In this document: one piece after another, positions 9,548 through 19,293 of the stretch | Layout: each line of letters starts with the position of its first letter | Numbering within the stretch: the first letter of the stretch is position 1 | Assembly: GCA_049423385.1 (NCBI GenBank) | Contig: JBMSQQ010000003.1 | Coordinates: forward strand, 1-64,000 | Source of the DNA: Silvanigrellaceae bacterium | GTDB taxonomy: Bacteria; Bdellovibrionota_B; Oligoflexia; Silvanigrellales; Silvanigrellaceae | Direction of reading: 5' to 3' | DNA length: 64,000 bases | Translations under genes and position numbers: made by a program | The notes under the pieces: generated by a model | Database searches by the model: none | Seen by the model: the letters and a program-made list of their open reading frames with translations, nothing else | Told to the model about the DNA's origin: nothing

Positions 9548-10251
9548 GGATTTTTTCCTTTCATGACCATGTTGATTTCAGAGAGCGCGACCGAGCGATC
9601 AAACAATGGCATGAGTGATTTGTCATGACTCACAAAAAGAACGCCCGAATTTTGCAGGCGTGCCTGTGCAAAAAGAGTTTCGACAAAGGACTGCCTGAGT
9701 TCCGAATCGAGGGCAGATGTTGGTTCGTCAGCAACAATCAATTCAGGTTCACCCACAAGTGCACGGGCGGCCGCGACCCGTTGTTGCTGGCCGACGCTCA
9801 ACTCACCCGCGCGGCGATTGAGCAATTGTCCAATTCCCAGTCGTCCCGCCAGGTCTTGAATATTCTTTTTGACCTCATCCTGATTTTTGAAGCGTGCAGA
9901 CTTTTGTCGGCTCATCTGCAACGGCAACTGGATGTTTTCCATCACAGTCAAAAACGGCAGCAAATTGAAGACCTGAAAAATATAGCCCATCTTGGCGGCC
10001 CGCAATGCATCGCGTTGCGATGCATTCAAGGCATCCATTTGCTGACCCAGCACAGAAAGCTTTCCCGATTGAACCGGCAAAACTCCAGTGACAAGACTCA
10101 AAAGAGTTGTTTTACCGCTGCCACTGGGACCATGCAGGAACAGCATCTCACCCTTGCCGACCCGAAATTCCGGGATATCCAGCACAACAGAATTTTCTGC
10201 GTAGGAATGACGAAGGTCACGAATCTCGAGAGCGGCTTCGGCCGAAATCAT
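9544..10251 (-). CDS. ABC transporter ATPase (LolD/MacB-type) partnering the fused permease
   Basis: GPSGSGKTT, GYIFQVFNLLP, LSVGQQQRVA, ADEPTSALD; ATGA overlap with permease. Confidence 0.9.
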   Translation of the reverse strand: MISAEAALEIRDLRHSYAENSVVLDIPEFRVGKGEMLFLHGPSGSGKTTLLSLVTGVLPVQSGKLSVLGQQMDALNASQRDALRAAKMGYIFQVFNLLPFLTVMENIQLPLQMSRQKSARFKNQDEVKKNIQDLAGRLGIGQLLNRRAGELSVGQQQRVAAARALVGEPELIVADEPTSALDSELRQSFVETLFAQARLQNSGVLFVSHDKSLMPLFDRSVALSEINMVMKGKNP

Positions 10252-10470
10252 TGTTTTTTGGGCTCCATTGTTTGAGTCTTCGGAACCAGGTTGCCTGTGA
10301 CATCCGTCCTTGGCTCCTCACGGCATCTATCACATTCCTTGAATATTTCAAAAATTCAAATACTTACAGCCGCTTGAATATGTACCAAGAACTCCCGAAT
10401 ATTAAAAAAACAACTACAGAGAATAACTGAATAAAAGGTACCGTAAAAAAATTCAGCAACTCCGCAATCC

Positions 10471-10498
10471 TCAAGATTGGACCCAAATTTACCGAACC
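10471..10498 (+). promoter_or_regulatory. Putative sigma28 (FliA)-type promoter
   Basis: TCAA-N16-ACCGAACC, 26 nt upstream of ATG 10525. Confidence 0.4.
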
Positions 10499-10524
10499 CT
10501 TTCTCAAGCGGGAGTGCGGACTTC

Positions 10525-12723
10525 ATGGTTACGAGAAGTTGTCTGGTAAAACGGATGGCAGTGTCGGCATTGGTTGCTGCGGGTTGCAGCTCCGGTGGAA
10601 AAACTCCTGTCTTGAATTCGAACATCTCGAATGGCTCAAGCGGGTCGGGCATTTCCCCCACACCAGCATCCGGCAGCGCTGTGATTCCCCCGATTGAAAC
10701 GACGGGATCATTCTTGACTGGAGTTTTGGTTGACGAGACTGGAAACGCCGTGCCAGACATGGAACTTGAAATAGAATCCACAAATTTCAAAACAAAAACA
10801 GACAACGCAGGTCAATTCGAGATCCCCCTTGAGAAGGTTCCACTCGATGCCTTCCAGTTTCAACTCAAAAAAAGTTCCGATGAAGCGGCAGCAAAGACTC
10901 AAATCCCGCAAGAATTGGCGTCGCTGATTGCGGCCGCACAATTGAAAAGTGGCAGCAATGTTTCAATTGAGCGCATGATTGCATTTGAAATTCCAAGCCG
11001 CACTTCCAATTCCACGTTTTGGCAGACAAACATCGCATCAGATATTAAAACTTACTCTTTGCCGCCGCTCACTTCTCCAGAAAGTCTGATTGTCAACAAA
11101 AAATTGATCTTCAACGTTGCGGCTCCCATTCCAGGATCCTACTCGAGCGGATCCGTCACCATCACCGGACAGTGCCTGGCAGGGGCGCTGCTCAAGGCCG
11201 AGGGAGACGTGGACGCATCCGCAAGCAACACCACGAACTGCAGCAACAACGGCGATTTTTCTCTGCCGGTCACGCTCGGTGGTGCCGATGGGTCCAAGCT
11301 CGTCAATCTTGTTCAACAGCTCAACAGCGGTGTGCCGGCGAATGCGCTGCTGGTTCTTCAGAAAGACAGCACAGGACCCATATTGAACTTTTCACCGCCT
11401 TCGGTTGGCATTGTGAAACCCACTTCCTCGCCAACATCGGTTGTGTACACACTGAATTTCTCTGATGGTCCGGGAAGCGGATTGACATCGCTCAGTCTCG
11501 ACAACAGCAAAGTCGGAGTCATCAATTCGAGCGGAACGGGAACGTGTTCAAACGTGGCAATCACAGGAAGCGGATTGCTCAGCCGAACACTGACGATCTC
11601 GGGCTGTTCCGGCGACGGCCCGGTTCTGGTCGAAGTGCTCGCCGGGGTTGCCACCGATGCACTCGGAAATTCATCGACACTTTCGACTTCGCCGATTGGC
11701 TTCACCATCTCAAGCGCAACAACAACTCCAACAAATTTTCCACCTGCCTTTGGTGCATTCACTCCGGTTCAAGTGTTCACCCAGGTCGCAAAAGACTTCA
11801 CCGTGACAATTTCCGACCCCGACGACATCAATCAAGTGGCATGCTCGGCAACTTCGCTTTCCTATACGTTGCCGGGACTTCCGACGGGAATTTCAATCAA
11901 GCCCATCCTCTGGACAGAGGTGTCCTCTACCGCGACGCAACGTGTCTGCAAGGGTACGATTGAATTCAACGCTTTCAATCAGGAAAACGTTCCTGCATCG
12001 TTTAACCTCAATTTAACTCTTTCGGACGGGCAATCATCAATCTCAAAAGTATTACCCGTGCAAATTCTCGACACAAACAAGACCGCGCTGCTCTACAACT
12101 TCAACCAATCACTTGCCAACACCTCAAACTACAACTCAATTGCTGGCGTGGCCCTCAACAACACCTTTACAGGGTCGATGGGACTTTCGAGCTATGTGGC
12201 CAATGGAATCTTTGGTCACCTCCTGAAACTCAATCAGCCATCGTTGAGTGTTGCCAACAACATCTCGCATGAATTCTGGACAAGGCGCGCAACCATTGAG
12301 CTGTTGACCAGCGTCAGCCAGGAATTGCCCGACAGAACCTGGCTTGTGGGGAAAAATGGAAGCTGGAAACTGGAGATACGGGCACGCACCGACGTTACTC
12401 TCGACTACGACAAAATAGAATTTTCGATCATGACTCCCTTGGGTTGGAGCACACTGGACTGCAATATTGGAGGAGCAGTTTCTGCAAATGCAACGACTTC
12501 AACGCACTTGGCAATGACCTTTGATGAAGGAAATGCACAGTTGTACATGCGCGGCGTCCTGTGCGCGTCTGCAACCCTTGCTCAAAAACAACTTCCCATC
12601 AGCTCACAACCGATTTTGCTGGGGCCCACTTACGCGGGAAATATCGATGAATTCCGTGTCAGCAGGGCTGTCAGGTATACATCGAATTTCACTCCGCCCA
12701 CGGCACCTTTCGCACTTGATTGA
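10525..12723 (+). CDS. Large surface lipoprotein with Ig-like/cadherin-like segments and C-terminal LamG/ConA-like domain (putative adhesin)
   Basis: GGAG RBS at 10511, lipobox VAAGC; GVLVDETGNAV...TDNAGQF beta-sandwich; Ser/Thr-rich; GNIDEFRVSRAVRYTSNFTPP LamG-type ending. Confidence 0.65.
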   Translation: MVTRSCLVKRMAVSALVAAGCSSGGKTPVLNSNISNGSSGSGISPTPASGSAVIPPIETTGSFLTGVLVDETGNAVPDMELEIESTNFKTKTDNAGQFEIPLEKVPLDAFQFQLKKSSDEAAAKTQIPQELASLIAAAQLKSGSNVSIERMIAFEIPSRTSNSTFWQTNIASDIKTYSLPPLTSPESLIVNKKLIFNVAAPIPGSYSSGSVTITGQCLAGALLKAEGDVDASASNTTNCSNNGDFSLPVTLGGADGSKLVNLVQQLNSGVPANALLVLQKDSTGPILNFSPPSVGIVKPTSSPTSVVYTLNFSDGPGSGLTSLSLDNSKVGVINSSGTGTCSNVAITGSGLLSRTLTISGCSGDGPVLVEVLAGVATDALGNSSTLSTSPIGFTISSATTTPTNFPPAFGAFTPVQVFTQVAKDFTVTISDPDDINQVACSATSLSYTLPGLPTGISIKPILWTEVSSTATQRVCKGTIEFNAFNQENVPASFNLNLTLSDGQSSISKVLPVQILDTNKTALLYNFNQSLANTSNYNSIAGVALNNTFTGSMGLSSYVANGIFGHLLKLNQPSLSVANNISHEFWTRRATIELLTSVSQELPDRTWLVGKNGSWKLEIRARTDVTLDYDKIEFSIMTPLGWSTLDCNIGGAVSANATTSTHLAMTFDEGNAQLYMRGVLCASATLAQKQLPISSQPILLGPTYAGNIDEFRVSRAVRYTSNFTPPTAPFALD

Positions 12724-12808
12724 CAACCGGCGTTGATTGGGTGAACAACAACTGCAAGCCTGAAGAGCCTTGCTTCAATTCCAGAAAATCAAATCGAGCA
12801 AAAAGAAC

Positions 12809-13660
12809 ATGAGTGATGAAGGAAACAACTACCAATTTGAAATCCTCGACAATGGGGTCGTGACGTTCCGGCACGTACCAACCCGTGAAATCCTGCATGG
12901 CAGCGTTGGCCCCGAAAAGGAGGCTCGCGAACTGTATTTGAATTCGAGTGGAATTCGAAATTCAAGCAAGAAATCACTTCTGGTTTTTGATTTGGGGATG
13001 GGCTGCGGTGCGCAGCTGATGATGTTGCTCGATTTCCTGGCCTCAGGTGAAAGTCAATGCGAGTTGCTTCGTGTGTGGAGCTTTGATTTGGAAAAAAACG
13101 GCTTGACGACACTTTTGTCTGCAGCCGAACACTTTCCGCAAGTCGAACGTCACCGCGATTTCATTGAACGCGCCATTGCCGAAAACCATGTCACACTCGA
13201 CCTTCCCAATGGACGAAAATTGGAATGGAAATTCGTTGCCGGAGATTTCAGGACCACGATTCACGAAAAATCCCTGGAAGACGCGAAGCAAAAGACAGAC
13301 ACTATTTTTTATGACTTCTTTTCGCCTGCAAGCCACCCCTGGCTTTGGACGGTTGATTTGTTTGAGAAACTCCATGAATTTGCACATGACGAAACCACTC
13401 TCGTGACTTTTTCAAGTGCAACCTGCGTGAAAGCCGCAATGGCGGCTGGTGGGTGGTACGTTGGACACACCATTCCGAGCGGAAAAAAATCGCCCTCGAT
13501 CGTCGCCGCGGGTTCGTTGTCTGCATTGAAAGAACCCCTGACAAAAGAATTTTTATCGACATTCGAACGCTCCCACAAAGCTTTTTCGGATGCAGAAACC
13601 GAAAAAGGCAGAGAACTCATTCGCAGCAGGATGCGAGCGCACCCGCAGTTTGTCAGATAA
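12809..13660 (+). CDS. Stand-alone MnmC-type (MnmD-like) tRNA mnm5s2U methyltransferase domain
   Basis: LHGSVGPEKEARELY, DLGMGCG SAM motif, FYDFFSP..HPWLWT, TFSSATCVK. Confidence 0.75.
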   Translation: MSDEGNNYQFEILDNGVVTFRHVPTREILHGSVGPEKEARELYLNSSGIRNSSKKSLLVFDLGMGCGAQLMMLLDFLASGESQCELLRVWSFDLEKNGLTTLLSAAEHFPQVERHRDFIERAIAENHVTLDLPNGRKLEWKFVAGDFRTTIHEKSLEDAKQKTDTIFYDFFSPASHPWLWTVDLFEKLHEFAHDETTLVTFSSATCVKAAMAAGGWYVGHTIPSGKKSPSIVAAGSLSALKEPLTKEFLSTFERSHKAFSDAETEKGRELIRSRMRAHPQFVR

Positions 13661-13661
13661 T

Positions 13662-14558
13662 CTATTTGAGAAATTCCATCAGACTTGGCCCCAGCACTTT
13701 GGCGCTGGAGTTGAGTGTGTAGGACAGCGCTGTCTCGGCGCGTTTCATATCCAATGCCGTTGTCACGGGGTCCGCCGACTCCAGCTGCACGTTGTCCTTC
13801 ATTGCAAATTCCTCAAGGGATTCAAGCCGACTTGCAGCATCCTGAACACCCGCGCGTCGGGCTCCCAATGACGCAGTCATTTCAGCGAGCTGGGTCAGCG
13901 CTCCATCCAGACGTGACGAGGCCCGATAGATGCCCTCGGGGTCGTTGTCCTTGAGGGAATCCTTGAAGTCTTGAACAATTTGCAGCAACGGGACCTCAAC
14001 ACCATGGTCCTTGACGGCAATCTCGAAAATCCGCCGTCCCGGAATATTGATTGGCCTGAAGCTGTCTTCGTCGAGCTGAACGTAAATCAGTCCGTCATCT
14101 CCGCCATAATGCCCATCACCAGAGACCGGTGGTTGCGAAGTTTGAAAGCCACCAAAGATGTAGCGATCGCCATAGGTGCTGTTTCCAAGCTGAACAATCT
14201 GCTGAGCCAGCTGCTGAACTTCAAACGAAACCGTTTTGCGCGAGCCTGCATCCCAGACACCGTTGGACTGCTGAACCGCAAGTTCCTTTGCACGCATGAT
14301 CGTGTCGGTGATACTTCGCAGCGAATCCTCTGTCTTGCCCAGGAAGCCCTCGACGTAGTCGATGGTTCGTCTGAACTGTCCGATATTCTCCAAACGGGTT
14401 CTGTTTCGAAAGACCCGGACCGTGCCGCTGGGGTCGTCGCTGACTTGCCTGAGTTTGCGCCCGGATGCCGCCTGGTCCTGGGTATCCATCGCAAAAAAAC
14501 GTGCCTCGTTCAGACGATTTTGGGTGGCTTGAAATTTCATCCGCTCAGAAACGCGCAT
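13662..14558 (-). CDS. flgL: Flagellar hook-associated protein 3
   Basis: MRVSE..., ASGRKL..VSDDP, YIFGGFQTSQPP flagellin-like N-domain; follows flgK. Confidence 0.92.
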   Translation of the reverse strand: MRVSERMKFQATQNRLNEARFFAMDTQDQAASGRKLRQVSDDPSGTVRVFRNRTRLENIGQFRRTIDYVEGFLGKTEDSLRSITDTIMRAKELAVQQSNGVWDAGSRKTVSFEVQQLAQQIVQLGNSTYGDRYIFGGFQTSQPPVSGDGHYGGDDGLIYVQLDEDSFRPINIPGRRIFEIAVKDHGVEVPLLQIVQDFKDSLKDNDPEGIYRASSRLDGALTQLAEMTASLGARRAGVQDAASRLESLEEFAMKDNVQLESADPVTTALDMKRAETALSYTLNSSAKVLGPSLMEFLK

Positions 14559-14579
14559 GTTGCTCCAACCTCACAAAAA

Positions 14580-16007
14580 TCAACGCTTCAAATCCAGGAC
14601 CGTTTTGAACATTTCGTCCGCGGTCGTGATGATCTTCGAACTTGCCGTGAACAGGTGCTGATACTTGAGCAGGTTCGCAGCTTCTTCGTCGAGTGACACT
14701 CCGGAAATCTGCTCCTTTTGTGTCTCGACGTTGGCCTTGACGACAGCAGCAGCCTTCAGTTCATTTTTGGCATTCATGGTTGCTGAACCCAACGAAGCCA
14801 CGAAGTTGTCGTAGAACATGGAGGTTGTTGCCGTGCCATTGCTGTACATTGGCTCGCCCAGGGTTCGGATCAATTCGTTCGCGATAACGTTGTCACCCGG
14901 GGTTCGGGCGGTCATGCCGCCGGCAATCGCATTGACATCCTGCTGGATGAGCTTCGAAACCGACAGTTGTTGCGCAGGTTCAAGTTCGGGATTGTAGATC
15001 CCCTCAAAAAAGTCACGTCCGTTGGTTTCCGCAAACTCGCCCCGCCCAAAACCCTTGCGATGGATTTCATTGAATTTTGATGCAAATTTGAAGGCAATTT
15101 CATTGATATTCTGACGTGCAACCTGCGCGTATTTGTCGCGTACCTGGATCATTCCCGCAAGCTTGCCCGAACGCAATGTGTTTGTGACGTTGTTTGATTT
15201 TGTATTTGCAAAGTCTGTGCACATGACCTGGGGCTGTGCTTTTTCGGTGTTGTAGTCGAGCTTGAATTGGGCGTGAAAAATACCTTCCACCAACAACTGC
15301 CCACCAGCGCCACGAACGGTGTAAAGTCCGCGGTCGTCCTTGTACATTTGAACATCCATGAGCTCGGACAACTTGTTCAATGCAAGATCGCGCCTGTCTT
15401 CCAGGTCATGCGGTCGCGAGTCGTCGCCCATTTGCATGGCCAAAATTTCTCGGTTCAGGCCGGCAAGTTCCTTCAGGGTCTGCGATACGACTTCACAATC
15501 TGCGTTCAATTCCTGCGAAATGTCATCCTGAAGCTTGTCGATGTTGGAATGAGTCACGTTGATTGTGTTGGTCAGCGAATTTGCATGTTCCAGCATGTTG
15601 ATGCGAACGGCCGGCTCTTCGGGCATATTGGCAAAGTCCCGCATTGCATTGGTGAACGAATCCATCCTGACCCGCACTGTGGAAGTCAAATCCGGATTGA
15701 AATATCCCTGAAGCCTCGACAAGTTGTGTTCAAACGATTGGGCGCGGCCGTGGTTTTGAGTTTCGCGCCTCAGTGCATCCTCAAGATATTCATTGTGGGC
15801 GCGGGCCACACGCGCCACATTCGCTCCCTGCCCAAGGATCAACGTACCGTATTGTGCGGGATGATTTGGCTCCATTTCCGGACGCTGACGGCTGTAGCCG
15901 GGAGTCTGCGCGTTGGCAATGTTGTGACCAGTGATTTCAACGCCAAGACGCGAGTTTCCAAGCGATTCGCCACCAACGTTCAGGATGTGCTGCAGGCCCG
16001 TTGGCAT
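14580..16007 (-). CDS. flgK: Flagellar hook-associated protein 1
   Basis: GHNIANAQTPGYSRQ and SGVSLDEEAANLLKYQ motifs. Confidence 0.96.
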   Translation of the reverse strand: MPTGLQHILNVGGESLGNSRLGVEITGHNIANAQTPGYSRQRPEMEPNHPAQYGTLILGQGANVARVARAHNEYLEDALRRETQNHGRAQSFEHNLSRLQGYFNPDLTSTVRVRMDSFTNAMRDFANMPEEPAVRINMLEHANSLTNTINVTHSNIDKLQDDISQELNADCEVVSQTLKELAGLNREILAMQMGDDSRPHDLEDRRDLALNKLSELMDVQMYKDDRGLYTVRGAGGQLLVEGIFHAQFKLDYNTEKAQPQVMCTDFANTKSNNVTNTLRSGKLAGMIQVRDKYAQVARQNINEIAFKFASKFNEIHRKGFGRGEFAETNGRDFFEGIYNPELEPAQQLSVSKLIQQDVNAIAGGMTARTPGDNVIANELIRTLGEPMYSNGTATTSMFYDNFVASLGSATMNAKNELKAAAVVKANVETQKEQISGVSLDEEAANLLKYQHLFTASSKIITTADEMFKTVLDLKR

Positions 16008-16010
16008 ACG

Positions 16011-16589
16011 TCAGGCCCTCACTCTTACGAATGAAACACCATCACGCGCAGCGCTGGGTGCCACACTCTTGCCACGCTCATTGTAGCGCTTGTTGCTGCC
16101 GGCAGCGTTCTCGAGAACTGAAATCGAGCGCTTGAAGTTTTGTGAGAGTGACTGAAGGATCAATCTGTTTTGATCTATTCTCGGTTGGGCATTCAGGAAT
16201 GCGGCGCGATAACCATCCGCAAGAGACTCGATCGAATCGATTGCGATGGCAAGACTCTTTCGGGTTTGTTCGTCGATCAGTGCAGCCACGTTTCGCTCAT
16301 AGGCTCGCGCAACGGCCAGAAATTCCGACAGGGTTGGCATCTTTCCGCGCGCATCGTACGCCATCAAAAAGCAGAGTTTTTTTACGGCCGCCAATCTGCG
16401 TTCTTCGGCAGATTGTGCGCGCCGGACGATCTGATCTTTTTCCGTCACCAGCTTCTCGAACTCGGGCAGGGAAAAAGACACCACAAGATCCTCCTCGCGG
16501 GCGATCACCACAAGGAGTTCTTCAAGCAGAGTCATTTGCTGCTGGAGACAATCGAGAAACTGGGCCAGGATTTTCAGGAGCTCGTTCAT
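16011..16589 (-). CDS. flgN: Flagellar export chaperone FlgN
   Basis: Helical protein between flgM and flgK; C-terminal N...L...Y..RG pattern. Confidence 0.75.
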   Translation of the reverse strand: MNELLKILAQFLDCLQQQMTLLEELLVVIAREEDLVVSFSLPEFEKLVTEKDQIVRRAQSAEERRLAAVKKLCFLMAYDARGKMPTLSEFLAVARAYERNVAALIDEQTRKSLAIAIDSIESLADGYRAAFLNAQPRIDQNRLILQSLSQNFKRSISVLENAAGSNKRYNERGKSVAPSAARDGVSFVRVRA

Positions 16590-16606
16590 GGGCCCACCTC
16601 AATCCC

Positions 16607-16987
16607 TCAACTCAGGGCAACCTCCGGGTCTTTGGAAAGCTCGTCCCGGAGGGCTTCCGAAAGAATGCCATCGGCGATTTTACCAGCGTCTGGCTTGTAC
16701 TCGCCGCGTTCAATCATGGACTTGAATTTTGCCACCTTGTCTTCACGCACATCAGGTGTTGAATCAACAACCTGACGAGCCAGATTCAGCTCGCGTGCAC
16801 GTGGAGAAATCTGGACGTTGGCTGCCGCCTGTTGTGCAGCTGGCTGTGCTGCCTTGGCGTAGGCATTGGTCGCAGACTTGACAGCCTGTGTGGCCTCGGC
16901 CTTCTTGGCATCTGCTGCTGGCTTCTGGCCAACGGCAGGTGCGTTAGAGGGCATGACTTGCGGCTGCTTGACGTTGTTGACGGCCAT
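16607..16987 (-). CDS. flgM: Anti-sigma28 factor FlgM
   Basis: VQISPRA, PDVREDKVAKFK..I..GEYKPD..KIADGIL; GGAGG RBS supports ATG 16987 over the longer ORF-track start. Confidence 0.92.
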   Translation of the reverse strand: MAVNNVKQPQVMPSNAPAVGQKPAADAKKAEATQAVKSATNAYAKAAQPAAQQAAANVQISPRARELNLARQVVDSTPDVREDKVAKFKSMIERGEYKPDAGKIADGILSEALRDELSKDPEVALS

Positions 16988-17015
16988 GGGAAACCCTCCA
17001 GTGAGTTCAACCTGC

Positions 17016-17043
17016 ACATTAGCACTGCCTTGCGCCGACTTGA
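17016..17043 (-). promoter_or_regulatory. Weak sigma28-type promoter candidate for flgM
   Basis: TCAA-N16-GCTAATGT, same spacing as the other candidates. Confidence 0.3.
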
Positions 17044-17099
17044 GTGGCAAACCTGTCACTCTGCCAAGAGCCCAACACCTTGCGCACTCTTTGCCCAAT

Positions 17100-17846
17100 T
17101 CAGAATTGGAAAACCGTGCGCAGCAGATTCAACGAAATCTCATAACCCGATGATGACCCGGCAGAAAACGCTCCTTGCCTGCGATTCATCTTTTCATAAT
17201 CAAATGAGATTCCTGTATCGATTTCAGTGCGTCTGCCCAATTCCCAGACCCAAAGAAGTTCGCTCTGCAAAGAAATGCCCTGGACCTGACGATTCAATGT
17301 TGAATCCTCGAAAGTTGAATCGCCGACCACCGCCGCCGCGCGCAGCTTGCCCTCGAACGTCTGGTTCATCAAGAGGAACTTTTGGCGATAGAAGAGACCG
17401 AACTCGGACCTGGACATTTTGCTGATCTTGACTTCGCCACCCAAATCCTGGGGTTCGGAAAAACCCTGTCGCCGGACGGCCACGACAGCCCCTGCCTCGA
17501 TGTAATCCTCGAGCTTGATGCCCGCCCAAATCTCCCTCCGGCTGTCTGGCAAAAATGGGAAAAGATAACCAACAAACCTTCGATGCCTGAAACCCACTTC
17601 AACCCAGGGATTAGAATCATCTGCCCCAGAAAACCCCAGGGTGTCGATTGATGTGAGCGAGACGGACGACGTTGCACCATCGGCAGCCTTGAACGTGCTC
17701 TTGCTGGTCGACAATCGGAATGGATTGAGACCAATCGACAACCTGGGTTCTTCATCGGCCAAGCCACGAACGGAAACCAACATCAGTGCAAAAAAAACTG
17801 ATCTGACAATAAAAGACACCTGACAACGACCTCCGGTCTTGAGCAA
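17100..17846 (-). CDS. Exported protein, probable outer-membrane beta-barrel
   Basis: Signal peptide, alternating amphipathic strands, C-terminal Phe (VFQF); start may be a few codons downstream. Confidence 0.5.
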   Translation of the reverse strand: MLKTGGRCQVSFIVRSVFFALMLVSVRGLADEEPRLSIGLNPFRLSTSKSTFKAADGATSSVSLTSIDTLGFSGADDSNPWVEVGFRHRRFVGYLFPFLPDSRREIWAGIKLEDYIEAGAVVAVRRQGFSEPQDLGGEVKISKMSRSEFGLFYRQKFLLMNQTFEGKLRAAAVVGDSTFEDSTLNRQVQGISLQSELLWVWELGRRTEIDTGISFDYEKMNRRQGAFSAGSSSGYEISLNLLRTVFQF

Positions 17847-17852
17847 ATCCGC

Positions 17853-18827
17853 TCATCGACTCCCCTGCTCGTTCAGAATATCAAAGTTGAAATTCCTTCC
17901 AAAGTTTGAATCAAAATAACTTCTGGAATCATAAAAGGCGAGAAACCACATCGACATGCGCCTTGCGTTTTCGGGGACGACAATCGTTGGTGCAAAAGCC
18001 AGCACCCGATTGGGTTGCCCGTAAAAAACAACCACGACGGGATACTCTTCAACCGGCCCATCATCAAATTGCACATGTGCAATCATGCTCCAGGGACAAG
18101 GCTCACCACCATGAAGGTTGATTTGGCTCACGAGTCGCTCCACCGAGTATCGCAATTCAAATGAGCGTCCCTCAGCGAGGCGACCAGAAATTGAGTGAGA
18201 CCAATCGGCCCGAAAATCTATTCTTCCGGAAACGGGAGCAGGCATCACAAACACCGAAAAAACGGTATTATCTCCACCATCCTGAATCACAGAACCGTTT
18301 TGCAAAACAAGCATGAACTTGAATTCCAGTTGACCCGGCTGTTCATCGCCCAGCGAAATTTGAGCAGGAAAAAGCAGAAGCTGTCCGCTTTGCGGATCGC
18401 GAAATCCTTCTCCGAGTGTAGAAACATTCCATGCCTGTCCTTCTTTTCTCCAGTGAAGTTCGACCCGCTCGCTCAATCCGGCCCATTGGGATCCCACTGA
18501 CCAGCGATAGTTGACCAGCATTTTCTTTGCAGCGACAAACCGCGATGGAACGATCACCTTGAAGCTTCCGTCCTGATGTTTTCCAATCGCCCAGTTGCCA
18601 GAAAGCTTTGGCCTTTCGTTGCCTCGTCCGCTGTGAAATTCAAGAATGTAGGACTCAGGCCGCAAAAACTCGGCAAAAACTGGATCAGCTTTGCAGTTGA
18701 AACTCGACATGCCGAACACAGCAAACAAAGTGATGAAAACGGACACCAAAAGGTTTGCCCGCGTGAAGAATGAAACTGGTTTTATTTGAATTCTCACGAC
18801 AAACCCCCATCCGGATGACTCACTCAT
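17853..18827 (-). CDS. Exported protein with C-terminal DUF6209-like domain
   Basis: IDFRADWS...G.L..G...LRY..ERL and MWF......FDSNFGRNFNF pattern; N-terminal hydrophobic segment. Confidence 0.55.
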   Translation of the reverse strand: MSESSGWGFVVRIQIKPVSFFTRANLLVSVFITLFAVFGMSSFNCKADPVFAEFLRPESYILEFHSGRGNERPKLSGNWAIGKHQDGSFKVIVPSRFVAAKKMLVNYRWSVGSQWAGLSERVELHWRKEGQAWNVSTLGEGFRDPQSGQLLLFPAQISLGDEQPGQLEFKFMLVLQNGSVIQDGGDNTVFSVFVMPAPVSGRIDFRADWSHSISGRLAEGRSFELRYSVERLVSQINLHGGEPCPWSMIAHVQFDDGPVEEYPVVVVFYGQPNRVLAFAPTIVVPENARRMSMWFLAFYDSRSYFDSNFGRNFNFDILNEQGSR

Positions 18828-18878
18828 GCGAACGGGAATGATTGATTCTTTTCAGATGAAGTGCGACCGGCCAATCAT

Positions 18879-19247
18879 TTAATGTCGACAGTTTCCACTG
18901 CAGACATGCTTGTAGGCGAGCCGCGCAGCGCGACCGGCGGGAGTATTGCTCGCCGAACCAGAAATCAACGAACGACCTTCCGATTTTTCAGACGAGGAAA
19001 CCCCCGCCTGACCCGCTTGAATCTCATCGCCCACTCGTTTTGCAACGTTCCTGAGCGGATCCTGATTTGTTTGTGATGCAAGTGCAAAGCTTGTCACGGC
19101 CCTGCGAACAGGACTCCCACAATCAGGACAATGCGTCAGGGGAGCCTCACTGGCCCACTGCAAAGTCTCGAAATAACAGCAATCATTTGCTGCCTGAGCG
19201 TCGCCTTCCTTTTCCGGGGGAACCGGCTCGTAAACGTAAATCGGCAT
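18879..19247 (-). CDS. FmdB-family zinc-ribbon regulatory protein
   Basis: MPIYVYE...CC.FE.LQ...EAPLTHCPDCG.PVRR; C-terminal HVCSGNCRH. Confidence 0.8.
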   Translation of the reverse strand: MPIYVYEPVPPEKEGDAQAANDCCYFETLQWASEAPLTHCPDCGSPVRRAVTSFALASQTNQDPLRNVAKRVGDEIQAGQAGVSSSEKSEGRSLISGSASNTPAGRAARLAYKHVCSGNCRH

Positions 19248-19293
19248 GTTTCGCCACCCACTGAATTGCATGCAGAACGGGACAGCCTAACAC

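Noticed and set aside
10356..10805. 149-aa minus-strand ORF upstream of the metal ABC operon
   Set aside because: Mostly antisense to the large lipoprotein gene, ending in AT-rich intergenic DNA
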